55,820 nt of DNA. Origin: Candidatus Thorarchaeota archaeon. GTDB taxonomy: Archaea > Asgardarchaeota > Thorarchaeia > Thorarchaeales > Thorarchaeaceae. The stretch lies in contig JAWAQK010000010.1 in the NCBI GenBank assembly GCA_038893995.1, positions 1 through 55,820 of the forward strand, given 5' to 3'. The notes below the pieces were generated by a model. It was not told the origin of the DNA. It made no database searches and worked only from the letters and a program-made list of their open reading frames with translations. Both the position numbers and the translations under genes were made by a program. This document shows positions 1 to 9,002 of this stretch, one piece after another (position 1 is the first letter of the stretch; the number at the start of each line of letters is the position of its first letter).

Positions 1-672
1 TGTGGCGGTCAGATGCGTGACAGGCTGCGAGAGCCCTGTCGAGAGCCTCAGTGCCAGTGACCAGTCTGAACGGTCCCAGAACTCGATGTCTCCGAGACTC
101 GTGCCTATGAAGACGAATCGGTCATTGCCGGAGATGACGGTGGCCTGTTTCGTTTCCAGTTTCTGGATCTCGGTGGGTGGCTGATTGGGTAGATGTCTCC
201 AGGCGCAGGGCTGTTCCTTCTTTGGCAGTGTCACGATTGTCTCACCGTCAGTCCACATCGAGGTGATCTCGGCCCTGTGAAGCTGCCAGCTGGAGGCATC
301 GTGGTCTGCACGGCCAATGGCCAACATGCGTCCGTCGTCCGAACCTATGTACAGATGCTGCGGCGTCATGACTGACGAACAGGCGTTACAAGACAGCTCG
401 AACCATCCCACCATTCCCCATGTGGACTTTCGCCAGAGGTGGATACGCTTCTGGGTCGTCACGAATATGTCCTGACCGTCAACGTGGATGGAAACCAACG
501 GACTGGAGAATCCCTCGAGTCGCATCACTCTTGCGAATTCGTCCTTCGGCCAGACCCTCACCCTCATGTCACGACAAGCCGCGTAGACCATATCGGAGTC
601 ATGCGTGACATACAAGGCCTCCACATTGACCTTTCCCCCGACCAGACTCGTGACATCGGCCACGTCTGACAT
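1..672 (-). CDS. WD40-repeat beta-propeller protein (3' end beyond left edge)
   Basis: Not in the ORF track. My translation of the minus strand from ATG at 672 (AAGGGGT just upstream) is open to position 1: MSDVADVTSLVGGKVNVEALYVTHDSDMVYAACRDMRVRVWPK...IFVTTQKRIHLWRK...LYIGSDDGRMLAI...FVFIGTSLGDIEFWDRSDW. It shows ~40-aa repeats of the hhhGxxDGxhxhW(D/K) type. Confidence 0.8.
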   Translation of the reverse strand, partial: MSDVADVTSLVGGKVNVEALYVTHDSDMVYAACRDMRVRVWPKDEFARVMRLEGFSSPLVSIHVDGQDIFVTTQKRIHLWRKSTWGMVGWFELSCNACSSVMTPQHLYIGSDDGRMLAIGRADHDASSWQLHRAEITSMWTDGETIVTLPKKEQPCAWRHLPNQPPTEIQKLETKQATVISGNDRFVFIGTSLGDIEFWDRSDWSLALRLSTGLSQPVTHLTAT

Positions 673-983
673 ACCCCTTGAAACGCAAGCAACCACGGTT
701 CGACTCTGTCCAAATTAAAGATATTTGGGGGTGTCACTCATGGTTCGTCAAGTGTGGAACGACAGTCGGAAGGCACTCCTGGCTAGGCATTGTCATCGGG
801 CCTCCGATACCATCATCACGTCGTGGGGACAAGGATGCTTGTCTGATGGAGGTCTGGGACGGAGGTCCCAGGAGGGCTGGTAATGACAGGCGGAACAGAC
901 TTAAAGAGGGAAGGACCCACGTTCCCACATCAAGCGGAGGTAGGCTCTTGGATTCCCGTGCATGGAGACTGGAACTCGATAAC

Positions 984-3635
984 GTGGCCGAGATAAAGAC
1001 ACTGCTACTGTCCGTCGACAAATCGGCGGAGGAGCAGCTCGAGCGTCAGGTCCGACACCTATATGACACATTCGCCAACCTGAGCAGGACGGAGAATGAT
1101 CTTGCCCTCGCAGGAGTACTCAAGAAGCGCAAGATCCAGGCCCAGTATGAGAAGATCCAGAGTCAGCTTCAAGACGACTTTGAACGCTTTGTGAGGGACC
1201 TCGGTGAGAGATTCAGACGACTCCACCGCGACGCAGTGACATTACTACCCCGGATCCGGCAGCTGCGGCCCAGCGACCCAACAGAGTTCGCGACCATGAC
1301 TCCTCCTGCAGTGAATGTCGGAGACTCGAACGACGCAAAGGCGCTGCGGGAATTTGCAGAAGCGTTTGCAAAGAGGTATGGCACAGTCTATCAGGCCATT
1401 GCTCGAGACACCAAGACGCTCCTAGAGGAGAACAAACGCATCGTCGAAACCTACGAACGTCACGTGACTATCGACAGAAAGGAGGTCTCAACGACAATAT
1501 CACTGCAGGACATTGGTCCCCTCGCTCTCTCGGAGATGATCACTATCAACGACAAGCTGAGAGCGGAACGTTCCTACCTCGACAGCCGAAAGGGCGAGGT
1601 CGGGCACATGCTTGGTGCCTCACTGATGTCTGACATTGAGAGTCTTCAGGCATTTGTCGAGACAGCGTCAAGGTTTGGACTCGACCTTCCGATTGACTTC
1701 TCTCAGAAGTTGCACTCGTTGGCAAGACAGGCATCGACCGCCACCGACCTGACCACTCAGCTGAGTCTTGAGGGCCAATTGAGCAGTGCCCGTGACCAGA
1801 TGGCAAGTCTGCTCAGAGACCGGATCATCAATATGAAGCACGAGGTCACTCAGAAGATTGTAGCAGGTGGAATTCCCACCACATCGGACATTCTTCCCAC
1901 ACCGCCACAGCTCTCGGTCGAAACCAAGGATGTTCCCAACCTACTCTCAGCATATCAGAAGATGCTCGAATGGGAGGGCCAGGTGAGGCTCGCGCTGAAG
2001 GAGAAGGTCGAGGACCTCATCGACGAGATCGCCGTGGCGCTCGATTTCCCTGCTGACGCAGGCATCGTGGACCTTCCCGGAACGGCACAGTTCGTGATGG
2101 ACAGCAGGAACTCGCTCGGAACTGCGGACATCGACACGCTCGTCAAGACCTACCTCAAGGCCAGGTCCATCCGAGATGAACTGAGGAAGAACATAACTGA
2201 GAGGATAAGAGAGTACATCCAAAAATTCCAGGAGCTTGCAAGCTCGGCCGATAGAGTACTGGATTACGCGCAGCTGAGCAAGAAGGTCCCCAAGATCGAG
2301 GAAACTGAGGGTACCATCGCCTATCTGCTCCAGTCTCTGACAAGTCTGAAGTCTGCAGTGGACAGCGGCGTTGCCACCTTCCGCAACGCATGCCTGCAGG
2401 AATTGGATGCAATAGTAGAGGACCTACAGACCATCAAGCCGGCCTACGCCGAGATCTTTGTCCCCATAATCACAGACCTTGAGGACAGCGAGTCGCGTAT
2501 CAAGCAGATGGATGACTTCAGCAAGATCCGCCTCGAGATGAGGACGATAAAGGACACCATACTTGTCAAGGCAAAGGAGGCTATTGAGAACCTCAGGTAC
2601 CGATTGGGTGTCAAGATCAGACTCGCGGCAGCCAAGCTGATGGGCGCGGGTGTAGAGATACCCCCAGAGGTACAGGAAGGTATCACTGAGCTGAACAGCG
2701 TGGGCCTCGGCTCCGAGAACGTATTCAGCCTTCCGTCGGTCGCACGCAAGATGATAGAGGTCTACGAGAAGAAGATCAGCTCGAAAGTCATTGCTCAACT
2801 GAACGCGAGTGTCACAGGCCTGATGGAGTCACTGAAGCGGGCACAGTCCATAGGCGTGGACGTGGACAAGGAACTGGAGCTCCTTGAGAGCATCAAGAAC
2901 TCGCCCTCCGACGAGTTGGAGAGGGCTGCAGAAGACTTCGACAAGCTCATGAACCTGACCACGTCGCAGATGCTCCACAGAAAGATCAGGATACGGGCAG
3001 ACCAGGCCTATGTCCAGCTCAAGGGTGCACTCTCTGTCTTTGAGCAGCTCGGAATGTCGGACCTGGTGGAGCGGCTCAATGTGCTGATAGAGAAGGTCCC
3101 AGAGCAGCTCGAGAAGGAGTCCAAGCACGTCAACGAGGCACTAGAAGTATGTCTTACACTTGCAAACATCCAGGACGAGATGCTGAAGGTCATCAAGACC
3201 ATGTCGGTCAAGGATGGCGAGCGCCATGACAAGGAGATCCGACAGCGAAGCAAGTACTATCCCACCATAGAGCGGGTATACCTGAAGCATCCCAAGGAAT
3301 TCTCACGACTAGTATTCGACCTTGACCGGATGAAGGAGCTTGAGAAGTCCTTGCAGGAGTCCACCACTTTGGACCAGGCACTGGGTCGGTTCACGGAGTT
3401 GAAGGCCCTGAGGAGCAGCTGGCTTGAGAAGGCAGAGAAGATGGACGACTGGCATAAGTCCCTGAAGATGTTTCTGACAGGATACAGCCCTACTGCGCCC
3501 CCGGACCAGCGCGAGAAGTTCCTTGACGAGACGTCCAAGAAGATCCGTGACACATACGGTAGAGAAGACATCAGTACATATCTCATATGGGCACTCAGGG
3601 AGCTCACCCTCTCAATGAGCGGAGCCAAGCAGTGA
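984..3635 (+). CDS. large all-alpha coiled-coil/helical-rod protein (~880 aa), unknown function
   Basis: ORF 678..3635, but the first ~100 codons look non-coding. In-frame GTG at 984 (VAEIKTLLLSVDK) lies downstream of a TATA-like CTTAAA at ~900. E/K/L/Q/R-rich heptad-like sequence throughout, with no P-loop or TM segment. Start is uncertain. Confidence 0.75.
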   Translation: MAEIKTLLLSVDKSAEEQLERQVRHLYDTFANLSRTENDLALAGVLKKRKIQAQYEKIQSQLQDDFERFVRDLGERFRRLHRDAVTLLPRIRQLRPSDPTEFATMTPPAVNVGDSNDAKALREFAEAFAKRYGTVYQAIARDTKTLLEENKRIVETYERHVTIDRKEVSTTISLQDIGPLALSEMITINDKLRAERSYLDSRKGEVGHMLGASLMSDIESLQAFVETASRFGLDLPIDFSQKLHSLARQASTATDLTTQLSLEGQLSSARDQMASLLRDRIINMKHEVTQKIVAGGIPTTSDILPTPPQLSVETKDVPNLLSAYQKMLEWEGQVRLALKEKVEDLIDEIAVALDFPADAGIVDLPGTAQFVMDSRNSLGTADIDTLVKTYLKARSIRDELRKNITERIREYIQKFQELASSADRVLDYAQLSKKVPKIEETEGTIAYLLQSLTSLKSAVDSGVATFRNACLQELDAIVEDLQTIKPAYAEIFVPIITDLEDSESRIKQMDDFSKIRLEMRTIKDTILVKAKEAIENLRYRLGVKIRLAAAKLMGAGVEIPPEVQEGITELNSVGLGSENVFSLPSVARKMIEVYEKKISSKVIAQLNASVTGLMESLKRAQSIGVDVDKELELLESIKNSPSDELERAAEDFDKLMNLTTSQMLHRKIRIRADQAYVQLKGALSVFEQLGMSDLVERLNVLIEKVPEQLEKESKHVNEALEVCLTLANIQDEMLKVIKTMSVKDGERHDKEIRQRSKYYPTIERVYLKHPKEFSRLVFDLDRMKELEKSLQESTTLDQALGRFTELKALRSSWLEKAEKMDDWHKSLKMFLTGYSPTAPPDQREKFLDETSKKIRDTYGREDISTYLIWALRELTLSMSGAKQ

Positions 3636-3651
3636 GACAGGAGAGATTGAC

Positions 3652-5031
3652 ATGCAGAAGTCAAGAGTCAGAGAGGATGACACTGGAAAGGCAGCCGAGA
3701 TGTTTGCCATCGGCATAGGTGAGTGTGGCTCGAACATAGTTGGTAGCTACCTACTGAGAAGTCAGGAATACAAACTCCCGCCGAGAGTCAGGGGATACCT
3801 CCTGATGAATACAGACCGTACTGACCTGACGAAGGTACGTCAGAAATACAACATCCCGCGAGAGAACACGATGCTCTATGGAACGAGCGAGATAGGCGTC
3901 GGTGGTAGGTTCATGGACGGTTACAATGCAGTAGTCGAGAACAAGGACATAATCTTCGACCAGCTGAGTAACCTGGGATTTGAGGGGGTGTCCGGCTTCT
4001 GTATCTTCACCAGCCTCGGCGGAGGTACTGGATGTGGTGGTACACCAGCCCTGATTGAGCTTTTGAAACAGCGATTCCAGGAGGAAGAGGGCCGTAGGAT
4101 ATTCGTCTACGTGGTTGGTATTCTCCCATTCGAGGGCCAGAGCAGCGAGGCACTGAACTCCATATGGGCAGTATCAAAGCTACTCAGGGCTCAGCTCCAG
4201 GAGAGAGGAGCGGACCTGACGATCCTGCTCAGCAACAGGACCATGCTCAAGCGAATCTTGCAGTCGAGGACTGCCGACAGTGTAGACTACCTGCAGAGAG
4301 AGCTCAATGTGGACATTGCTGACATAGCGTCAATCGAGAAGATGGTCCCCTCGACGCTTGACGAGGCGGGAGAGCTCGAGCTTCGTACCGAGCAGGCATT
4401 TGTCGAGCTCGTCAACCCGCTGGCCCTTGATGTCATTGAGGCCATGTTGTCTCCAGGTGTCTACGAGCCCAACAAGGATGTGTTCCCAACCACCGACCTG
4501 GCCGACTATGCTCGCAAGCTCGACCCTGTCGTTGTACCCGCGCTCTACACCGACGTGGGTATAATACCAGATGCAGGGAGCATGCCACGTCAGCTCAGGA
4601 CAATGATCGACTACGCGATCAACCAGTGCTCGTACGCCGACGTAGGGACTGAACCGAATGCCGAGAGTGTGTACTACGTCTTCAGTGGTCCAAGGCACGT
4701 GTCAAAGGCAGAGTATGGAATGCATCTCAAGCAGGCACTCGAGAAGTACATTGCTCCTGGAGCTGCGATCACGCCCTGCTATGTTCAGTACAAGGATCCA
4801 AACGCCAAGACGAACCTCCTGGTGCTCCTCGGACTACCCAAGATACCCGAGCTGATACAGCTGATCAACGAGGCGACACAGCTGGTCAATCTCCACAGCG
4901 GGCCGTCTGCGCTCAAGCAGTCATGGTTCATGCGGTCGAAGGGCACGACGAGGAAGGAGCTCGTGGATGCGATAAACGACTTTCGCGAGCTGTTCAGCTA
5001 CTATATGGAACCAGGTCAGGCACTTCAGTAG
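3652..5031 (+). CDS. divergent tubulin/FtsZ/CetZ-superfamily GTPase
   Basis: T1 GIGECGSNI, T2 MNTD, T3 GVGGRFMDG, signature SLGGGTGCG, T5 LPFEG, T6 LSN, T7-like TTDLADY. Confidence 0.92.
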   Translation: MQKSRVREDDTGKAAEMFAIGIGECGSNIVGSYLLRSQEYKLPPRVRGYLLMNTDRTDLTKVRQKYNIPRENTMLYGTSEIGVGGRFMDGYNAVVENKDIIFDQLSNLGFEGVSGFCIFTSLGGGTGCGGTPALIELLKQRFQEEEGRRIFVYVVGILPFEGQSSEALNSIWAVSKLLRAQLQERGADLTILLSNRTMLKRILQSRTADSVDYLQRELNVDIADIASIEKMVPSTLDEAGELELRTEQAFVELVNPLALDVIEAMLSPGVYEPNKDVFPTTDLADYARKLDPVVVPALYTDVGIIPDAGSMPRQLRTMIDYAINQCSYADVGTEPNAESVYYVFSGPRHVSKAEYGMHLKQALEKYIAPGAAITPCYVQYKDPNAKTNLLVLLGLPKIPELIQLINEATQLVNLHSGPSALKQSWFMRSKGTTRKELVDAINDFRELFSYYMEPGQALQ

Positions 5032-5053
5032 TATATGTTGTGGAGGTCTCGAG

Positions 5054-6136
5054 TTGACAGAGAAATTCCGGCCCGAAGACATGATTGACAAGATCCTGCT
5101 GATAGAGACTCTGAACTCGACGCTGATCCATTTCATCCTGAGCTCGGAAGTCGAGGGCTCAGTGGATCCAGACCGGGTCGATTCGCTGGCGCAGGGACTG
5201 CAGCGTACGCGGAAGTGGATCGACGAGACCATCACACAAGAGGGCATTCCGCCGTCCACGTGCAACATCCTCAGTCTGATGGTCAAGCGTCTCTCTCAGT
5301 TGGAGAGTCTCCTGCCGAAGCTGTCGCAGAAGGCGAGACAGATCGAGATGAGCGGCGCTGCACAGGAGATACTCTCATTGCTAGACGGGACAGGTCCATC
5401 AACAATAGGGTCAGAGCAGGGAGCTCAGAGCGTGCCGACCGCGTCTGCAGAGACTGCTGCACCGCAACTAGTGCCCACACCACAGATCCCGACAGTCGCC
5501 ATGCCCAAGCCTGAACCGTACAGGAGGTCGGAGATCGAGGACGATATGTTCGGTCTCGTCGGACAGACCAACAACTTGATCCAGCAGTACAGCAAGAGAT
5601 GTCATGTCTTGCTCCCCGTCTTCTGGTCTGAGGTACTGAGAGAACTCCACAGGTACCGGTCTGACTCACAGTACATGTCCGACGCCATTCAGATTCCTGC
5701 AGAGATAATTGCCAAGATCGTCAGGACTCTCCTGACGGAGGCACCAGGTGCACGGCTCCTACAGGACCTCCTGAATGTCAGGGCCCAGGAGATGGCCCTC
5801 CAGCCATCCGAGAAGGAGAGGATAGAGAGGTCAGTCAGCAAGTACTTCTCAGGCCTAGAGGGCCTTCTTCGCGGCGAGCCCATTGATGTCGCCAGCAAGT
5901 TAGACGAGGCTCAGAATGCACTTGATGGCTTTGGGTGGGGAGGGCCTGAACTTGAGAAACGGCTCATCAAGAGGATCAACCAGCAGTGCCAAGAGACCTT
6001 CCAGAGTGCTGAGAGTGTCACCGACGACTATCGGAAGGTGATATACGCAGAGACCACCAAGCTTCTGTGCAAGCTTCAGCATGCAATACTTGCCGAGTCT
6101 CGTCTGACCAGCCTGATGGCAGAGATGAAGCCGTGA
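5054..6136 (+). CDS. hypothetical helical protein with Pro/Ala/Thr-rich linker
   Basis: 360-aa ORF 22 bp after the GTPase gene, GGAGGT RBS before the TTG start. Two helical regions are joined by the linker SVPTASAETAAPQLVPTPQIPTVAMPKPEP. Confidence 0.8.
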   Translation: MTEKFRPEDMIDKILLIETLNSTLIHFILSSEVEGSVDPDRVDSLAQGLQRTRKWIDETITQEGIPPSTCNILSLMVKRLSQLESLLPKLSQKARQIEMSGAAQEILSLLDGTGPSTIGSEQGAQSVPTASAETAAPQLVPTPQIPTVAMPKPEPYRRSEIEDDMFGLVGQTNNLIQQYSKRCHVLLPVFWSEVLRELHRYRSDSQYMSDAIQIPAEIIAKIVRTLLTEAPGARLLQDLLNVRAQEMALQPSEKERIERSVSKYFSGLEGLLRGEPIDVASKLDEAQNALDGFGWGGPELEKRLIKRINQQCQETFQSAESVTDDYRKVIYAETTKLLCKLQHAILAESRLTSLMAEMKP

Positions 6137-6306
6137 CTTAGGCCTCGACGAGGGGTCAGGACTGTGCCAGCCGTAGCACGAACCTCGCCACGCCGGTAGG
6201 GAGCCCTCGTACGGCCGCGTGGTCTGCAGACTGTCCTCGTCTGAGTAGGGGCCAGACATAGGTTTGTTTAAGTGCTGCAAGTCGTTTCTGTGGAACAGGA
6301 GGCCAC

Positions 6307-7716
6307 ATGATGGACCCACTTGACAGGATGTTCAACCCTAGATCGGCCGCGGTCGTGGGCGTATCGACATCGAACCCGTTCAATCCCGGGAATGTGATAT
6401 TTCGAAAGCTTGCCTTCGAGAATGGTCTAGAGACGATTCCGGTCAATCCCAAAGGGGGATTGATCGAGGGAATCCCTGCTGCAAAGTCCATCTCAGATCT
6501 CCCAGAGGGCACTGACCTGTGTGTGATATCCATCCCTGCTAGGGCGGTCCCTGATGCACTGAGAGATTGCGGTGAGAAGAAGATAAGATCCGTCATCGTC
6601 GTGTCAGGCGGATTCAGTGAGACTGGCGCTGAGGGTCAGGAACTTCAGCATCAGATAGTCGAGATTGCGAACAAGTATGGTATACGCATGATCGGTCCCA
6701 ACTGCATTGGCGTCTTTGTCCCAGAGAAGCTGGACACATTCTTTCTGCCGTCTGAACGTGTCGCAAGGACGCGCAGGGGCAATGTTGCACTCATCTCCCA
6801 GAGCGGAGGCTGGCTCGTAGAGCGCCTCGAGGAGTTTGCCGCCAGAGACGTCGGAGTCGCTGCTGCAGTGTCAATAGGGAACGCAGCACAGACCGGTGTA
6901 GCTGAACTCGTCACGTACTTTGGTTCGCAGAACTATGTGAACGCGATAGTCGCCTATGTCGAGGGCTTCGGAAAGAATGGGGGTAGGAAGTTTGTTGAGG
7001 CGTGCCGGAAGGTGACCCCTAAGAAGCCCGTGATAGTGCTCAAGGGAGGTACTACGGAGGCAGGCAACAGAGCCACTCGTAGTCACACATCATCTCTGGC
7101 TGGAGACTCGGTCGTCGCAACGGCCGCATTCAGACAGTGTGGAGTGGTACAGGCCAACGACCAGGATGAACTCATGGCCTACGCCAAGGTCTTCTCCTTC
7201 TCACAACCACCCATGAGGTCCTCACGTGTCGGAGTGATAACTGTCAGTGGTGGGCACGGTGTACTTGCCACTGATGAGGCAGCCATGTACGGTCTCGAGT
7301 TCCCACCCTTCACCGAGGAGGAGCAGGCATCGATGAGAGAGGTGATGACCCCCGAGTACCAACGGATTGCCAGCTTCGGGAACCCGGTTGACCTGACAGG
7401 TAGTGGCGCCGACATCGACTATGAGCGTGTACTCGACAGGATGCTGAAGATCGACCGCATAGATGCAGCCCTTCTACTCCTCTTGCCCTATGCCCCCGGA
7501 ATCTCTCTCCAGATTGGCGCTAGAGTCGCCAGTGTCGCCAAGCGACACAAGAAGACTGTGGTGGCCTACGTCCCGGAGCTAGACAAGTACGAGATAATAA
7601 TCCGCGGCTTTGAGATAAATGGCATACCGGTGGGCGACAGCATCGAAGAGGCAGTACAGATGCTACATGGCCTGAGAGTACGCACTCAGTTCCTTGAGAG
7701 GATTGGTGCTATCTGA
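6307..7716 (+). CDS. acdA: acyl/acetate-CoA ligase (ADP-forming) alpha subunit
   Basis: FNPRSAAVVG CoA-binding domain, PVNPK, IGPNCIG, ISQSGG, SIGN, phospho-His motif SHTSSLAG, NPVDLTG. Confidence 0.88.
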   Translation: MMDPLDRMFNPRSAAVVGVSTSNPFNPGNVIFRKLAFENGLETIPVNPKGGLIEGIPAAKSISDLPEGTDLCVISIPARAVPDALRDCGEKKIRSVIVVSGGFSETGAEGQELQHQIVEIANKYGIRMIGPNCIGVFVPEKLDTFFLPSERVARTRRGNVALISQSGGWLVERLEEFAARDVGVAAAVSIGNAAQTGVAELVTYFGSQNYVNAIVAYVEGFGKNGGRKFVEACRKVTPKKPVIVLKGGTTEAGNRATRSHTSSLAGDSVVATAAFRQCGVVQANDQDELMAYAKVFSFSQPPMRSSRVGVITVSGGHGVLATDEAAMYGLEFPPFTEEEQASMREVMTPEYQRIASFGNPVDLTGSGADIDYERVLDRMLKIDRIDAALLLLLPYAPGISLQIGARVASVAKRHKKTVVAYVPELDKYEIIIRGFEINGIPVGDSIEEAVQMLHGLRVRTQFLERIGAI

Positions 7717-8854
7717 GTCTGTGCAACCTACGACCGCGTGTGAACTTCCGGAAGTCAATGTCCAGAGCCTGAAGTGTGGTCACCAGGGTCGGACTCAGCA
7801 AGAGAGGCTGCATCTGAAGGTCGTCGACCCTCTCGCATCCGGTCAGGTACATCGCAGTCTTCAGACCCTCGATCATGCCATTGAGGACGTCGATGACATC
7901 CTCTGTCTCCCCAGTCACAGCAGGTTTCAGTAGGGGTAGTGCTATTCCAGCGACCATCGCTCCGAGGCTCAACGCCTTGGCAACGTCCAGGCCCGACCTT
8001 ATCCCACCCGTAGCAATCACTGGCAGATCGGTGGCCTCCCTGACCGTGATCACACTGAGGGCTGTCGGAATTCCCCAGTCCCAGTACTGTTCTCCAAGCA
8101 TTGCCCGGACCTGGTCACCCTCCCTCAGTGCCCTGTAGTACTCGACTGCAGCCCAGCTGGTCCCGCCGACACCTCCCACATCAACGGCATCTATGTCAAT
8201 CTCCTCAAGCTGTCTGGCGACACTCGCCGACATTCCAGCCCCGGTCTCCTTGACGATTATCGGGATCTCTACGTTCTCGCGCAGTTCTCGTATCGAGTCC
8301 AGGACACCGACTGAGTTGCAGTCTCCCTCGGGCTGAATGGCCTCTTGAAGGGGATTGAGATGCACTGCAAGGACATCAGCATCGATCATGTCAATGGCTG
8401 CCTGGGCAAACTCGATGTGCGTCGCGCCTATGTTTGCCACCACAGGCACTGAGGGTGCTGAGTCTCTCACTACTCGGAACGTGTAGGCGAGTGACTTGTC
8501 CTCCACGGCGGCCCTCTGACTGCCAACACCAATGGGGATCCTCAGCTCCTCAGCAGCCTCGGCGAGCCTGCGGTTCACATCGTAGGTCTGGGGATGTCCA
8601 CCTGTCATCGCTGCTATCATGATCGGGGCATTGGCTCGAAGGCCCAGGAAGTTTGTTGTGAGGTCAATACTGCTCCTATCGACCTCTGGGAGGGACCTGT
8701 GGATGAACTGGATGTGCTCAAACATGGTCCCGCATCTGCTCTGGACATTCTCCTGCATGCAGATCTCGATATGTTCAATCTTCCTTCTCTGAGTGAGTGC
8801 ACCGTCACCAGTATTCCTTGCAGGGCTATCAATACGAGCGTCTTCCCGTCCCAT
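7709..8854 (-). CDS. fni: type 2 isopentenyl-diphosphate delta-isomerase (FMN-dependent)
   Basis: RKIEHI, AMTGG, GVGSQR, HLNPLQEAIQPEGD, VKETGAG, GGTSWAAVE, WDWGIPT. Confidence 0.95.
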   Translation of the reverse strand: MGREDARIDSPARNTGDGALTQRRKIEHIEICMQENVQSRCGTMFEHIQFIHRSLPEVDRSSIDLTTNFLGLRANAPIMIAAMTGGHPQTYDVNRRLAEAAEELRIPIGVGSQRAAVEDKSLAYTFRVVRDSAPSVPVVANIGATHIEFAQAAIDMIDADVLAVHLNPLQEAIQPEGDCNSVGVLDSIRELRENVEIPIIVKETGAGMSASVARQLEEIDIDAVDVGGVGGTSWAAVEYYRALREGDQVRAMLGEQYWDWGIPTALSVITVREATDLPVIATGGIRSGLDVAKALSLGAMVAGIALPLLKPAVTGETEDVIDVLNGMIEGLKTAMYLTGCERVDDLQMQPLLLSPTLVTTLQALDIDFRKFTRGRRLHRLR

Positions 8855-9002
8855 GTTCCAATGCCACCTCGGTGTGGTTCATATTCGTGACACATAGTGC
8901 AAATAGGAGTTTTGGTGCGTCGAGTACCTAGATCCTGCAGGAATTGCTCAATACGATTAGTTTATCGACACCTTTCAGAGACCCAGTCGTCAGTGAGCGA
9001 TA

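Noticed and set aside
678-983. N-terminal 100 aa of the 985-aa ORF
   Set aside because: Composition differs from the rest of the protein and it overlaps the divergent promoter region, so it is probably untranslated.
984-3635. SMC/Rad50 or dynamin assignment for the rod protein
   Set aside because: No Walker A/B, ABC signature, zinc hook or GTPase motifs.
3652-5031. Calling the GTPase ftsZ or bona fide tubulin
   Set aside because: It lacks the FtsZ GGGGxN and GAGxxPxxG motifs and C-terminal peptide, and lacks the tubulin NNWAKG motif and acidic tail.
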